Assembly (NCBI GenBank): GCA_017623215.1 | Contig: JAGAPO010000014.1 | Location: 243-64,242 of the forward strand | Origin: Lachnospiraceae bacterium | Lineage (GTDB): Bacteria; Bacillota; Clostridia; Lachnospirales; Lachnospiraceae | DNA length: 64,000 nucleotides | Direction of reading: 5' to 3' | Shown here: in pieces, positions 27,262-37,531 of the stretch | Layout of the letters: every line of letters starts with the position of its first letter | How positions within the stretch are numbered: the first letter of the stretch is position 1 | Notes under the pieces: generated by a model | Seen by the model: the letters and a program-made list of their open reading frames with translations, nothing else | Told to the model about the DNA's origin: nothing | The model's database searches: none | Translations under genes and position numbers: made by a program

Positions 27262-29166
27262 CTATTCAAATACTACCACACGATCCAGCACCACATAAGT
27301 CCCTTTTGATAATTCCTGCTTCTCTCCGGTGACCACAATCTCTAACCTGTGTTCCCCTTCTCCAAGGTAAGGGCTGATGTACTGAAGGGTATCCCCGGTC
27401 GACACACGAGCACCATGGAATTCATATTGGTTCTCCCAGCGCTTTATATTCGAATAAAAATCAACCTGACACATCTCTGCTCCGTCAATCGTGACACGGG
27501 TGATTCCGTTGTCCTCATACGCACCGCCATACAACATAAGTCTGCTTCCGATGAAGGTAAGCTTGGCAGATGCGCCCGGAATATTTGAGATATGAATATC
27601 TCCTTCGTGACTTCCATATTGCTCCGTCTTATATTCCCAGCCGTCACTATATGTAAAATCCGTATCATTCAGCCAGGTCTGTCTTCCTTCCAGACCAGTC
27701 TCTCCGGTCTTAATAATGAATCTTCGATATGATTTTAACGGGTACTCCTCATGCTGATCTGCGACCTCCAAAATAACGTGAATCTCCTCCCGGTATGCAT
27801 CCTTCGGAACCCGGATAATTGGCGCACTCGTATCCGCCCCTTCGATGATCACCTCACCGCAGTACGTTCCCTCCTCCGGATACACATACCAGCGATACGA
27901 CAGCGCATCCCCATCCGGATCATACGTTCCGCTCACATCCGGCCGAACCACATCCCCGCACGCCGCGTTCCGGATAACCGCATCCTTTGACCAGTCTCCA
28001 TTCAGGCAAACCACCGGATTGTGGTTGCACTCTGCATACGTGTCGTGTACCGACCACTGCATCCTTGCCGCCATGTCCGCCTGATAATCATCTCTCCAGC
28101 GTGCAACCGGGGCCAGAATATTCTTATGCATCCGCCGCCCGTTATACGAATCATACCAGGTATCCACATCATCCCGATACATATAAAAGGGCTTCTCCTC
28201 ATACAGATAGGTTCCTGTGAAATGTACCGCCGGAGGATTCTGCGAAGCCACAAGCGTATGTCTTCCTCCCCAGCCGCCGTAATGATGATGCTCATAATCA
28301 TTCAGACCATTCTGCACCAGCCGCAGAAAAGAGGGAGAATCCGTCTCCAGACCGTATTTAGCAGAAGGATACCATTTGCCCAGCTCGCCGACCCCCTGGA
28401 TATTCTTCTTTACCCACTCGGGTGATACCATATCAAGATTGCCGACAAAACACTCCTCGCCGAACTGCGCTGTACTCTTCATCGGCGTCTCGGAAAATCC
28501 CCAGAAGCTGATATCCGACCGCATCCATTCTCCTATTTTGAAATTATGGCATATCCAGCCGCCGCAGTCATCCTGCCCGTCGATATCGTAGACCCGCAGT
28601 TTCCGGCAATACTGTTCCATCTGTTCTTCGGAATAATCCTGACTCATATCATAGAGCGCCTGTGCAAGTGTTCCGCACCCGCCCCACAGCGCAATCCATA
28701 ACGGTCTTTCATCGTCCTTCTCTATCGCTTCCCGGATTAACCTGGCGCCCTCGTTCGAACAGCCGTCTCCAATATTCGCAGGAAAGTCATTCTCTCCCTT
28801 CAGACATTCAATCGTCGCAAGCTTCTCTTCCCGGCTTGCGGACCACAGCACCAAAGGATTCCTCTTCCGATCCACATGTGTGGTTCCCTGCTTTACTACC
28901 GACATCAGATACTCCTCCGTCGGATATCCGTCCGCGTGTACCAGCAGATTCTCCCGCACATTTCCGTATGCCCGAACCACATCCTGAATTCTCGCCACAA
29001 ATCCCTCGTCACTGGTATCCGGATTGCACCATGACGCATTCGGAATGATTCCCTCGATATCGTATTCATTTGCATATAGCATCAATCTGACCAGCGACTG
29101 CGCATCATCCGGCTCTCCATCCCATGGTCCGATATCGGTCAGAACAATGAAACGTGCTTTTTTCAT
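27262..29166 (-). CDS. DUF1593 (Sde182-type nucleoside-hydrolase-like) protein with a C-terminal beta-sandwich/CBM-like domain
   Basis: MKKARFIVLTDIGPWDGEPDDAQSLVRLMLYANEYDIEGII is the DUF1593 signature. The middle region has DPDGDALSYRWYVYPEEG. Start set at ATG 29166. No signal peptide. Confidence 0.7.
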   Translation of the reverse strand: MKKARFIVLTDIGPWDGEPDDAQSLVRLMLYANEYDIEGIIPNASWCNPDTSDEGFVARIQDVVRAYGNVRENLLVHADGYPTEEYLMSVVKQGTTHVDRKRNPLVLWSASREEKLATIECLKGENDFPANIGDGCSNEGARLIREAIEKDDERPLWIALWGGCGTLAQALYDMSQDYSEEQMEQYCRKLRVYDIDGQDDCGGWICHNFKIGEWMRSDISFWGFSETPMKSTAQFGEECFVGNLDMVSPEWVKKNIQGVGELGKWYPSAKYGLETDSPSFLRLVQNGLNDYEHHHYGGWGGRHTLVASQNPPAVHFTGTYLYEEKPFYMYRDDVDTWYDSYNGRRMHKNILAPVARWRDDYQADMAARMQWSVHDTYAECNHNPVVCLNGDWSKDAVIRNAACGDVVRPDVSGTYDPDGDALSYRWYVYPEEGTYCGEVIIEGADTSAPIIRVPKDAYREEIHVILEVADQHEEYPLKSYRRFIIKTGETGLEGRQTWLNDTDFTYSDGWEYKTEQYGSHEGDIHISNIPGASAKLTFIGSRLMLYGGAYEDNGITRVTIDGAEMCQVDFYSNIKRWENQYEFHGARVSTGDTLQYISPYLGEGEHRLEIVVTGEKQELSKGTYVVLDRVVVFE

Positions 29167-29416
29167 TCTCTTTCCGCCTTTCCCCGCAGCCGGAACAGCG
29201 GCCGCGGCTATCATAATTTTTATCATCGTACCACAGATATGCGTCCTTTTTCCATAAAATTCAGGTTGTATTATTTTTGTACGAAAGTTGCTTGTATTCC
29301 CTTGTCATCTCATCGGATTTCGCTTATAATAGTTCCAGACTCAAAGAGGGGCATCATCGCGGCTCTCACCCTTTTATCGCTCTCTGCTTCAAACCCATTC
29401 CAAAGGAGGCATACTT

Positions 29417-30112
29417 ATGTTTAACGGAAAGAGCAAAGCGCTGACATTCAGCTATGATGACGGCGTAACACAGGACAAACGCCTTATAAAATTATTTAAC
29501 AAATACGGTCTGAAGGCTACCTTCAACATTAATTCCGAGCTTTTAGGGAAGCCGGGATATCTGCGCCGGGAAAATATGTGGATTGGTCATAATAAAGTTG
29601 AACCCGAAGAGGTTGCGGCACTTTATCAGAATCACGAAGTCGCCGTACATACGCTCACGCATCCTTCACTTCCCCAGCAGGACGAGGCCGAGATTATCCG
29701 CCAGGTCGAAGAGGACCGTAAGAATCTGGAGCGCCTGACCGGAAAAGAGGTCGTTGGAATGGCCTATCCGGGCGGCGGTGTCAACAATGACGAACGGGTG
29801 GCCGGAGTGCTTCGCAATCATACCAGGATGCAGTATGCCAGAACCATCACCTGCTGCCATCATTTTGATTTGCAGGAGAATCTGCTGCAGTTCCAGCCTA
29901 CGGTGTATCATCTGGACTTTGATAAGCTGTTCGAACTCGGGGAGGAATTCTTAAAGCTGACTCCGGACAAACCGCAGATATACTATATCTGGGGACACAG
30001 CTATGAATTCGATTATTATGATACCTGGGATCGATTTGAAGAATTCTGCCGTATGATGAGCGGACGGGAGGATATCTTTTACGGCACGAACCGAGAGGTT
30101 CTGCTGAGATAA
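29417..30112 (+). CDS. Polysaccharide deacetylase (CE4 / NodB homology domain)
   Basis: ALTFSYDDG (motif 1) and HTLTHPSL (His-His motif 2). Confidence 0.8.
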   Translation: MFNGKSKALTFSYDDGVTQDKRLIKLFNKYGLKATFNINSELLGKPGYLRRENMWIGHNKVEPEEVAALYQNHEVAVHTLTHPSLPQQDEAEIIRQVEEDRKNLERLTGKEVVGMAYPGGGVNNDERVAGVLRNHTRMQYARTITCCHHFDLQENLLQFQPTVYHLDFDKLFELGEEFLKLTPDKPQIYYIWGHSYEFDYYDTWDRFEEFCRMMSGREDIFYGTNREVLLR

Positions 30113-30131
30113 GCGCATATATAATCAACAT

Positions 30132-30185
30132 GCCGGGTTGGACGTCCCGTGAGGGGACGTTCCGCCCGGCGCATTATTTATATAT
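30132..30185 (+). terminator. Putative terminator after the deacetylase gene
   Basis: GC-rich hairpin gccgggttggacgtccc-gtga-ggggacgttccgcccggc, followed by an A/T-rich tract. The U-run is weak. Confidence 0.4.
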
Positions 30186-30311
30186 CCTTTTCCTCTTTGC
30201 TCTTATCTGTATACAGATTGCATATAAGCATAACCGCCGCGAACAGAACACCGGCAACCGGCGGTTGCGTTGTCTTGTTTGGGCCTATTATATCAGCTCT
30301 TTGCACAATCT

Positions 30312-31706
30312 TCAGTCCGCGGCTCCAAACCAGAAGGAGAGCAGTGCCGGCAGCTTCGTAAGCAGCTTCTCCGGATTCCGACTGCAGGAAATTAGCATGA
30401 CCCTGCTTCCGCTCTGCACACATACGGTTCCATTATCCCAGTACCATGCCTGAATGGTCCCCTGTTCTTCCGTAAACCCTTCCCTCAGAACGGTCTCCAG
30501 CGGAACCGCTTTTTCCATCGCCTCCCGATATCCCCTTCCGGTCAGCGCTCTTACCACATTCTGAACCTGTTCTCCCCAGCTGTCGGACGCATTCTGCTCC
30601 ACGTAAGCTGCCATATTCTCCATGATCTTTCGCGCCAGCCTCTCTGACCTCGCTTCCAGATAGGTAATTCGTATCTGAAAGAAGACATCGTCGTACTCAG
30701 TATATTCGTAATACTCCGGTATCAGAAGGGATGAGCTTCGCTCCTCATCAATCCGAAAGATATCTCCGCCGAATTCTGTACCGTTCATCACCAGATACTC
30801 CGTAAACTCCTGTTCCTTCTGCACCACGTCCTCACTGCCTTTGTACAGCGAATATACTGCGTTTACTCCAAATGTAACAACCACTGCCAGAAAGATCCCC
30901 GCAATCACCCCAAATTCCTTTGTCTCCTTTGGCTCCCTGGAACGATTCACACACGTCTGCACAACTGAACCGACAACCAGTCCGAGGAAGTACGGCGCCA
31001 TTTTGACCAGCCAAAGGGACTTCTCCTCATAACGAACGTAATCATAGGCACAGATCAGCAGACAGCCTATTATAAGAAGGGAGCCGCCGAACCTTTCCAA
31101 ATATTTGATTAGCAGCAATTTGTTCAAAGTCCATGGCTTTCGCTCTTTACCGCGCGCATTCTGAATCACGTCCTTCAGCGCCGCAATCGCATGAACCAGT
31201 TCCCAGACTGTCACAACTGCCAATACTCCGCCAACGAACAGATAATAGTTACTCACCCAGGTCTTATAGGTGGCCATGCACAGCACGATCCAGAAGAGCA
31301 GGTATATAACCCACCCGATCGCGGAACTCCAGACCTCCTTCCACAGACATTTGCGCAGGATGCGCGAGTGAATCACCTCGTCGGTCTGCAGCGGCAGCAC
31401 CTCCTTGTCAGCTTCCGTATAAAAGACCTGCATATACCGAAATCCATCCACATACGTCCAGCCCGCCTCCTCGCAGCACGCCCGGTAGGATTCCGCAGCA
31501 TCCGTCCGCACTCGGTCCGCGCCCTGCGTATCCGTAAACAGATCCACTGCAAACCGATACGCAGCGGGCTCAATGCTGCAAAAGGTCAGGAACGCTCCGT
31601 TCATCTTCTCAAGCATCCACCCCTTGGCCGCCATCTGCTCCAGGTATCGCTCCATCTCCCGGCCTTCCTGGGGTTTAAATAAAATCGGTACTCGCCTCTT
31701 CTTCAT
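30312..31706 (-). CDS. DUF2812 domain membrane protein (PadR-associated)
   Basis: N-terminus MKKRRVPILFKPQEGREMERYLEQMAAKGWMLEK is typical of DUF2812. Several TM helices. Lies directly downstream of a PadR gene. Confidence 0.7.
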   Translation of the reverse strand: MKKRRVPILFKPQEGREMERYLEQMAAKGWMLEKMNGAFLTFCSIEPAAYRFAVDLFTDTQGADRVRTDAAESYRACCEEAGWTYVDGFRYMQVFYTEADKEVLPLQTDEVIHSRILRKCLWKEVWSSAIGWVIYLLFWIVLCMATYKTWVSNYYLFVGGVLAVVTVWELVHAIAALKDVIQNARGKERKPWTLNKLLLIKYLERFGGSLLIIGCLLICAYDYVRYEEKSLWLVKMAPYFLGLVVGSVVQTCVNRSREPKETKEFGVIAGIFLAVVVTFGVNAVYSLYKGSEDVVQKEQEFTEYLVMNGTEFGGDIFRIDEERSSSLLIPEYYEYTEYDDVFFQIRITYLEARSERLARKIMENMAAYVEQNASDSWGEQVQNVVRALTGRGYREAMEKAVPLETVLREGFTEEQGTIQAWYWDNGTVCVQSGSRVMLISCSRNPEKLLTKLPALLSFWFGAAD

Positions 31707-31780
31707 GTGACTCTCCCTTCCTGCCGACACCCCATGAATCCGGGCTGTCAGACACACATTTCCCGTGTAAAAAGAGCCGC

Positions 31781-32104
31781 TCACCTCTCCGAACGATACT
31801 CCATATACGGCCTTCCACACTCCACCAGCATCTTCAAACGCTCATACTCCGCACGCAAAAGTTCCTGCCCTTCTTCCGTAATCACATAGATTTTCTTTCG
31901 ACCATCCGTGCCGTCCTGACAGATAAAGCCCCCCTTCTCAAACCGTGCAAGCAGCGCGTAAAGAGTTCCCGCTCCGACTCTCACCGCGCCCTTGCTCACC
32001 GTCTCGGTCAGCTGCATAATTTCGTACCCATGATGCGGAGTCTGCAGCACCAGCAAGATATAATACATCTGCTCGGTCAGCGTCTGAAATTCTTTTCGCG
32101 CCAT
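31781..32104 (-). CDS. PadR family transcriptional regulator
   Basis: YYILLVLQTPHHGYEIMQLTE...GTLYALLARFEKGGFI winged-helix signature. Confidence 0.85.
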   Translation of the reverse strand: MARKEFQTLTEQMYYILLVLQTPHHGYEIMQLTETVSKGAVRVGAGTLYALLARFEKGGFICQDGTDGRKKIYVITEEGQELLRAEYERLKMLVECGRPYMEYRSER

Positions 32105-32450
32105 CCGGCATCCCTCCTATATCGTTTTATTTTACGATAATCGTTATAACGATATTCGATATATTCAACTCTATATTAACACTATCGTTCCCGGATGTCA
32201 ACCGTCTGCGGCATAATAATGCTTGCTTCAGCGGCGTTTCTAATTCTTTCTTTCCTTTTAGCAGCGTGCGCCGCCAAGCGCACACAAAAAAGGAAGGGAT
32301 TCCGAATTCTGAAGTACCCCCAAAAATCTAACTTTTTTGTAGGGCACTTCCCTTCTCTCGATAATCCCTTCCCTTTTTCATTCTGTCTGTCCGAAGTCTG
32401 AACGATTCTTCCGGTCCGGTATCGGGTTCTAAGCCGAAAAACCGAAACAG

Positions 32451-33566
32451 CTACTCCTGATCGGATGCATTTCCCGAGACTTCCGGAGAGCTTTCATTCT
32501 CTGCCGTATCAACCGCATCGACCGCCGTATCCATCGAATCCGCCGCCACATCTGCTGTATTCGCCACTGTATCTTCCGCATCAGCCGACTGCGCTGCCTC
32601 CGCCTGTTCATACGCATCGCTGTAGTCCACTTTACTCAGATTCTTCTGGCTCAGATTGCGCATCTCGCTCCACGCTCTCTTATCCTGCGCCTGCTTCTCC
32701 AGCTCCTTCTTCGAAGGACCTGCCATATGTTCTTCGGGGAACAGCTTCCTTGTCACCATGACATATATGGTCATGATACAGAAGAATGCGACAATTACGA
32801 TATAAATAATGTTCAAAACCATCTCTGTCGTAACGCTTACCGCACCGCCCATGTAATCATCCGAAAGATAGCCAATTACCATTCTTACGAATTCGAATAT
32901 CCATCTGATAACGCCGGTAAACACAACGCCAAAGGCAGTTCTTCCTTCCAGGATAAATCTCGTGAGCATCATAGCGAGCGTAACCTCAATCAGCACGATC
33001 AATACGCGATCCATCGCCTGTACATAGTAAATAAGAGAAGGCTGCGAGGTAAGCTGCGCGACATACGCCTCCGCCTCTGCTACCGTAAGCGCCGACTCTC
33101 CGGTCGTTACCATCTCTATAAAGTTGCCTGCGTTAATAATCTGGGCCTGAACGAACATCTCGATATAGTCTGTCGCGTTCATCATAACAAATCCCGCGCC
33201 GAGACCGATACCGGCTGTCATCGCCCGGTACAATCCAACCTTACCGCCCGTGCTCTTAAATGCATAGTTAATCGTAAGATAACGAACCAGTACCTCCAAA
33301 AGAGCCAGTGCAGCGGAACAAATCAACAGGTACAGGATAAAATTAACGACCTTTCCGGACACGGCCAGCTCATACATCGGCTTTATCGCTCCTACCAGGG
33401 TGGCTATATTATTCGCAGCCCCCATCGCTATCAGTCCAATAATAGCGATAAACAAAAGATTACTCTTTTTGACCTTTTTCATACAGATCAGCAGCCAGGT
33501 AATCGGTACCATAATAGACACCATAAAAATGATCATGATCCCGGCCATTGCAACACCTGAAAACAT
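32451..33566 (-). CDS. Polytopic membrane protein (possibly YhfC/DUF2324-like) with an acidic disordered C-terminal tail
   Basis: About 8 hydrophobic helices. Start set at ATG 33566 with AAAGGAGAA 6 nt upstream. The tail is rich in D/A/E/T. Family assignment is tentative. Confidence 0.5.
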   Translation of the reverse strand: MFSGVAMAGIMIIFMVSIMVPITWLLICMKKVKKSNLLFIAIIGLIAMGAANNIATLVGAIKPMYELAVSGKVVNFILYLLICSAALALLEVLVRYLTINYAFKSTGGKVGLYRAMTAGIGLGAGFVMMNATDYIEMFVQAQIINAGNFIEMVTTGESALTVAEAEAYVAQLTSQPSLIYYVQAMDRVLIVLIEVTLAMMLTRFILEGRTAFGVVFTGVIRWIFEFVRMVIGYLSDDYMGGAVSVTTEMVLNIIYIVIVAFFCIMTIYVMVTRKLFPEEHMAGPSKKELEKQAQDKRAWSEMRNLSQKNLSKVDYSDAYEQAEAAQSADAEDTVANTADVAADSMDTAVDAVDTAENESSPEVSGNASDQE

Positions 33567-33888
33567 TATAATTCTCCTTTCATCAGTCCAATATACTGAT
33601 TGTACCATAAAATAGCAGTCAGTACAATTACTTCACGATTTTTTAATTCTTTTTTCAGGTTTCCCTGCGTCCATTCGCCTTTTTTATCAGAACTGTTTTC
33701 GGTATTTTCATATAATTTCCAAAAAAATTACGGAAAGCTGCAAAAATTATCCTCATACCTTTTCCCTGTTCTGGGATATACTTAATACAGTACATGGTCA
33801 GATGCGGCAGCATGTACCTGCCTGCCGCGATTCCGGAATCCTCTGCGGGATTCCCTTCCTACAACGCATCATATCAAGGAGGCCAATC

Positions 33889-36153
33889 ATGCGTAACGTA
33901 ATCAATTTAAATCAGAACTGGAAATTCATTCAGCAGGATGCCGGACTTCCGTCCGTATTACCGACGGACTGGCAGACGATTAACCTGCCTCATACTTGGA
34001 ACGCAATAGACGGTCAGGACGGCAACGGAAGCTACGACAGAGGCAATTACTGGTATGCGAAGAGCTTTGAGACCCCGAAGCAGCCCCTTCCGGGCGGCAA
34101 GGTATTTGTAGAGATTCTGGCCGCCGGCCAGCAGGCGACGGTATATGTAAATGGCACAGAAGTAATCTGCCACGAGGGCGGCTATTCCGCCTTCCGTGCA
34201 GATATCACGGAACTGTGCAAAGAGGACGGCGAGAATCTTCTGGTCGTTGCATGCAGCAATGAGGCAAAGGACAGCGTCTATCCGCAGTCCGCGGATTTCA
34301 CCTTCTACGGCGGTCTGTACCGGGGCGTGAATCTCATCAGCGTACCGGACGCCCATTTTGATCTGGAATATTACGGAGGCCCCGGAATTCAGGTGACTCC
34401 GAAGCCCTGTGCGTGCGGCGGCGCAGCATTTGAGATTGTATCTTATGTTAAGAATATTGACGAGAACTTCACGGTTCTTTATTCCATTACGGACGCGGAC
34501 GGCAAAGAAGCGGCAGCAGGAAGCCGCCCGGCAGATTCCACTGCTGTTACCCTGTATGTTCCGGATGCAAAGACGTGGGATTTTGACAATCCTTACCTTT
34601 ATACCGTAACGGCAATGCTGCAGCGCCGCAATGAGACCTATGACGAAGTAACCGTACGCGCCGGTGTCAGAAGCTTTACCTGTACTCCGAACGAAGGTTT
34701 TTCCATTAACGGTGTTCCGACCCCTCTGCGCGGTGTCAGCCGTCATCAGGACAAGCTCTACAAGGGCAACGCTCTGACCAGGGAAGATCATTATGAGGAC
34801 GCGAAGATAATCAAGGAGCTCGGCGCAAATACCATCCGCCTTGCTCACTATCAGCACTCCCAGGATTTCTACGATGCGTGCGATGAGCTTGGATTCGCAA
34901 TCTGGGCAGAGATTCCGTTCATCAGTATCATGAATAAGGCTCCGGAAGCACACCAGAACTGCATCAGCCAGATGAAGGAGCTGATTATTCAAAATTACAA
35001 TCATCCGTCTATCTTTTTCTGGGGTATCTCGAATGAGATCCTCATCGGAGGCATTTCCGAGCAGCTCGTCGCCAATCATAAGGAGCTGAACGCTCTTGCC
35101 AAGGAGTTGGATCCGACCCGTCTGACCACGATCGCGCATGTGTCACCGACTCCGATCGAGAGTCCGATGCACTGCATTACCGATTTGGAGAGCTACAACC
35201 ACTATTTTGGCTGGTACGGCGGCAAGATGGAGGATAATGGCCCGTGGCTGGATCATTTCCACGAAATCCACCCGAATATCTGCCTTGGCGTATCCGAGTA
35301 CGGCTGCGAGGGCATTATCACCTACCAGGGACCGAATCCGGCATGCAAGGACTACAGCGAGGCTTATCAGGCTCTGTATCATGAGCACATGGCAAAGGTA
35401 TTGGACGAGCGTCCGTGGATCTGGTCCAGCCATGTATGGAACATGTTCGATTTCGGCTGCGCCGCAAGAAATGAGGGCGGTGTGGCAGGCCGCAACAACA
35501 AGGGTCTGGTAACCATGGACCGTAAGGTGAAAAAGGACAGCTATTATATCTACAAGGCATACTGGAACAGGGAGCCCATGGTTCACCTCTGCGGCAAGCG
35601 TTACGCACAGCGCGCAGGCGGGACTGCCGAGATTCGCGTATACTCCAATCTGCCGACGGTTGCTCTGTATCTGAACGGCGAGAAGGTGGCCGAGCAGAGC
35701 GCCGAGAAGGTATTCGTATTCGAGGTGGCGCTTGCGGACGGCTTTAACGTAATCGTCGCGGCTGCAGGTGAGTGTAAGGATACGATGACCGTTGAGAAGG
35801 TGGACAAGGAGCCCGCAATCTACGTGCTGCCCGAGGTGAATGAGCGCGCCGAAGGCGTTGCGAACTGGTTCCGGATGGCCGGCGACCTCGATCTGAAGGC
35901 TCCGATGGAGTTCCCGGAGGGTATGTACAGCATTAAGGATTCGTTCGCAGAGCTTGCAAAGAACGAGGAAGCATTTGCTATCGCGGCTAAGGTGCTTAAG
36001 CTTTCGATGAATATGGAACTCGTTCCCGGTAAGGGTATGTGGGATATGATCAGCGGAATGGCGATTGAGTCGACGGTTGCCATGGCTGGCTCGATGCTGC
36101 CGGAGGGCTTTGCAGAAAGCCTGAATGCGCAGTTAATCAAGATTAAGAAGTAA
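33889..36153 (+). CDS. GH2 family glycoside hydrolase (beta-galactosidase/glucuronidase-like)
   Basis: LPHTWNAIDGQDG, RLAHYQHSQDFYDACDELGFAIWAEIPF, WGISNEI (acid/base Glu), GVSEYGCEG (nucleophile Glu). AAGGAGG upstream of ATG 33889. Confidence 0.85.
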   Translation: MRNVINLNQNWKFIQQDAGLPSVLPTDWQTINLPHTWNAIDGQDGNGSYDRGNYWYAKSFETPKQPLPGGKVFVEILAAGQQATVYVNGTEVICHEGGYSAFRADITELCKEDGENLLVVACSNEAKDSVYPQSADFTFYGGLYRGVNLISVPDAHFDLEYYGGPGIQVTPKPCACGGAAFEIVSYVKNIDENFTVLYSITDADGKEAAAGSRPADSTAVTLYVPDAKTWDFDNPYLYTVTAMLQRRNETYDEVTVRAGVRSFTCTPNEGFSINGVPTPLRGVSRHQDKLYKGNALTREDHYEDAKIIKELGANTIRLAHYQHSQDFYDACDELGFAIWAEIPFISIMNKAPEAHQNCISQMKELIIQNYNHPSIFFWGISNEILIGGISEQLVANHKELNALAKELDPTRLTTIAHVSPTPIESPMHCITDLESYNHYFGWYGGKMEDNGPWLDHFHEIHPNICLGVSEYGCEGIITYQGPNPACKDYSEAYQALYHEHMAKVLDERPWIWSSHVWNMFDFGCAARNEGGVAGRNNKGLVTMDRKVKKDSYYIYKAYWNREPMVHLCGKRYAQRAGGTAEIRVYSNLPTVALYLNGEKVAEQSAEKVFVFEVALADGFNVIVAAAGECKDTMTVEKVDKEPAIYVLPEVNERAEGVANWFRMAGDLDLKAPMEFPEGMYSIKDSFAELAKNEEAFAIAAKVLKLSMNMELVPGKGMWDMISGMAIESTVAMAGSMLPEGFAESLNAQLIKIKK

Positions 36154-36167
36154 AAGGGATTGCTTTT

Positions 36168-36213
36168 AAAATAGCCTTGATTCCAAGAAAACGCTTGGAA
36201 CCAAGGCTATTTT
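36168..36213. terminator. Bidirectional terminator between the convergent GH2 and GH28 genes
   Basis: aaaatagccttgattccaag / cttggaaccaaggctatttt, about 19 bp of stem with one bulged base, flanked by an A-run and a T-run. Confidence 0.7.
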
Positions 36214-37492
36214 AGCTCGTAATAGAAATATTGTCTCCATCAATCTCTGCCCCTCTCACATTCCGAATCCGCACATTCCGGAACACAGCCTCCTGCGCAT
36301 TCCGCACAAAGAATCCAGCGCCGGACATCGGTTTTAGCTGGCTCATCATCGCAGGAAGCCCGGGCTTCCCGTCCGGATCCATCGTAATGCTGACATCGGT
36401 AAGCGTGACATTTCGCACCGGCTGTTCCTTTAAGCCGTAGAGGAATCCCGCGGCTGCCGTCGCGCCGGTCACGGTGACATTGCTGATATGAACCTCGCGG
36501 ATTGCGGGTGTTCCCTCGTCAACGGGGTATGCCTCCTTATCCCAGACATACTTCTCCTGCCCGTCCGCGCCGCAGTTATAATACATATTAAATACGAACG
36601 GACACATCACTCTGTCCATAATAAGATTGCTCAAATGCAGATTCTCCACGATTCCCCCGCGCCTTCTGCGCGTCTTCACGCGAATCCCGCGGTCCGTATT
36701 CTGAAAGACGCAGTTGCTCACCGTTACATTGCGGATGCCTCCGCTCATCTCGCTGCCGATTACAATCCCGCCGTGTCCGTGAATCATCGTGCAGTTCGCA
36801 ATTGTAATATTCTCACACGGGCGGAGCCTTGGCGTCTTCTCGGTACCGGATTTGAGCGTAATACAGTCATCGCCCACATCGATCTGGCAGTTCAGAATTC
36901 TTACATTGCTGCAGCCGTCCGGGTTGATTCCGTCGGTATTCGGCGAATCGTACGGATTCTTAATCGAGACTCCAATCACCTCAACATCCCTGCAATACAA
37001 CGGATGCACCGTCCACGCCGGTGCATTTAACAGGGTCACCCCTTCTATTCTCACATGCTCACAATACTGAAATCCAATCAGATAGGGTCTTGGAAGCGCA
37101 AGCGTCCCGGTTCTGACCGCATTCCACCACGCCAAACCATTGCCGTTAATTATTCCGTCACCCTTTACCGCCACATGATGCGCGCAATCCGCGAATATAC
37201 ATGGCATATAGACATCCGAAGCAATCCCCTCGAATTCCCCTTGAACGATCTCATAATTCTCCTTATCATCCAGATAATACAGCTCTGCCCCTGCGTTCAG
37301 ATACAGCGTCGTATTGCTGTAAAGCTGAATGGAACGCGTCGGATAGCGCCCTGCCGGTACATAGAGCATACCGCCGCCTGCGGCGTCCGCGTCCTTTGCC
37401 GCGCGGCGGAACGCATCCGTCCAATCGCGTCCCTCTCGGCACGGTACTGTATCTTCCCGGTACTCTTTGATGTTATAAATCCCCTCCATCAT
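36212..37492 (-). CDS. GH28 polygalacturonase-family hydrolase
   Basis: The four GH28 blocks are present: NTDGINPDG, GDDCITLKSG, GHGGIVIGSE, RGIRVKT. Start at ATG 37492 with GGAG upstream. Confidence 0.85.
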   Translation of the reverse strand: MMEGIYNIKEYREDTVPCREGRDWTDAFRRAAKDADAAGGGMLYVPAGRYPTRSIQLYSNTTLYLNAGAELYYLDDKENYEIVQGEFEGIASDVYMPCIFADCAHHVAVKGDGIINGNGLAWWNAVRTGTLALPRPYLIGFQYCEHVRIEGVTLLNAPAWTVHPLYCRDVEVIGVSIKNPYDSPNTDGINPDGCSNVRILNCQIDVGDDCITLKSGTEKTPRLRPCENITIANCTMIHGHGGIVIGSEMSGGIRNVTVSNCVFQNTDRGIRVKTRRRRGGIVENLHLSNLIMDRVMCPFVFNMYYNCGADGQEKYVWDKEAYPVDEGTPAIREVHISNVTVTGATAAAGFLYGLKEQPVRNVTLTDVSITMDPDGKPGLPAMMSQLKPMSGAGFFVRNAQEAVFRNVRIRNVRGAEIDGDNISITS

Positions 37493-37531
37493 AACTCCTC
37501 TCCCGCTCGCGGCTTCCCAAGCCCGAAGCAC

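Noticed and set aside
33958-35139. Long antisense ORFs within glycoside-hydrolase and other genes (33958..35139, 40021..41169, 42442..43719, 46420..47346, 49153..50055, 61502..62755, 21084..21875)
   Set aside because: Each lies opposite a gene with strong family motifs (GH2, GH3, GH2, cysK, P-type ATPase, lipoprotein, FGGY kinase). Their products are low-complexity and lack RBSs. This is the typical stop-codon-poor antisense frame of mid-to-high GC coding DNA.
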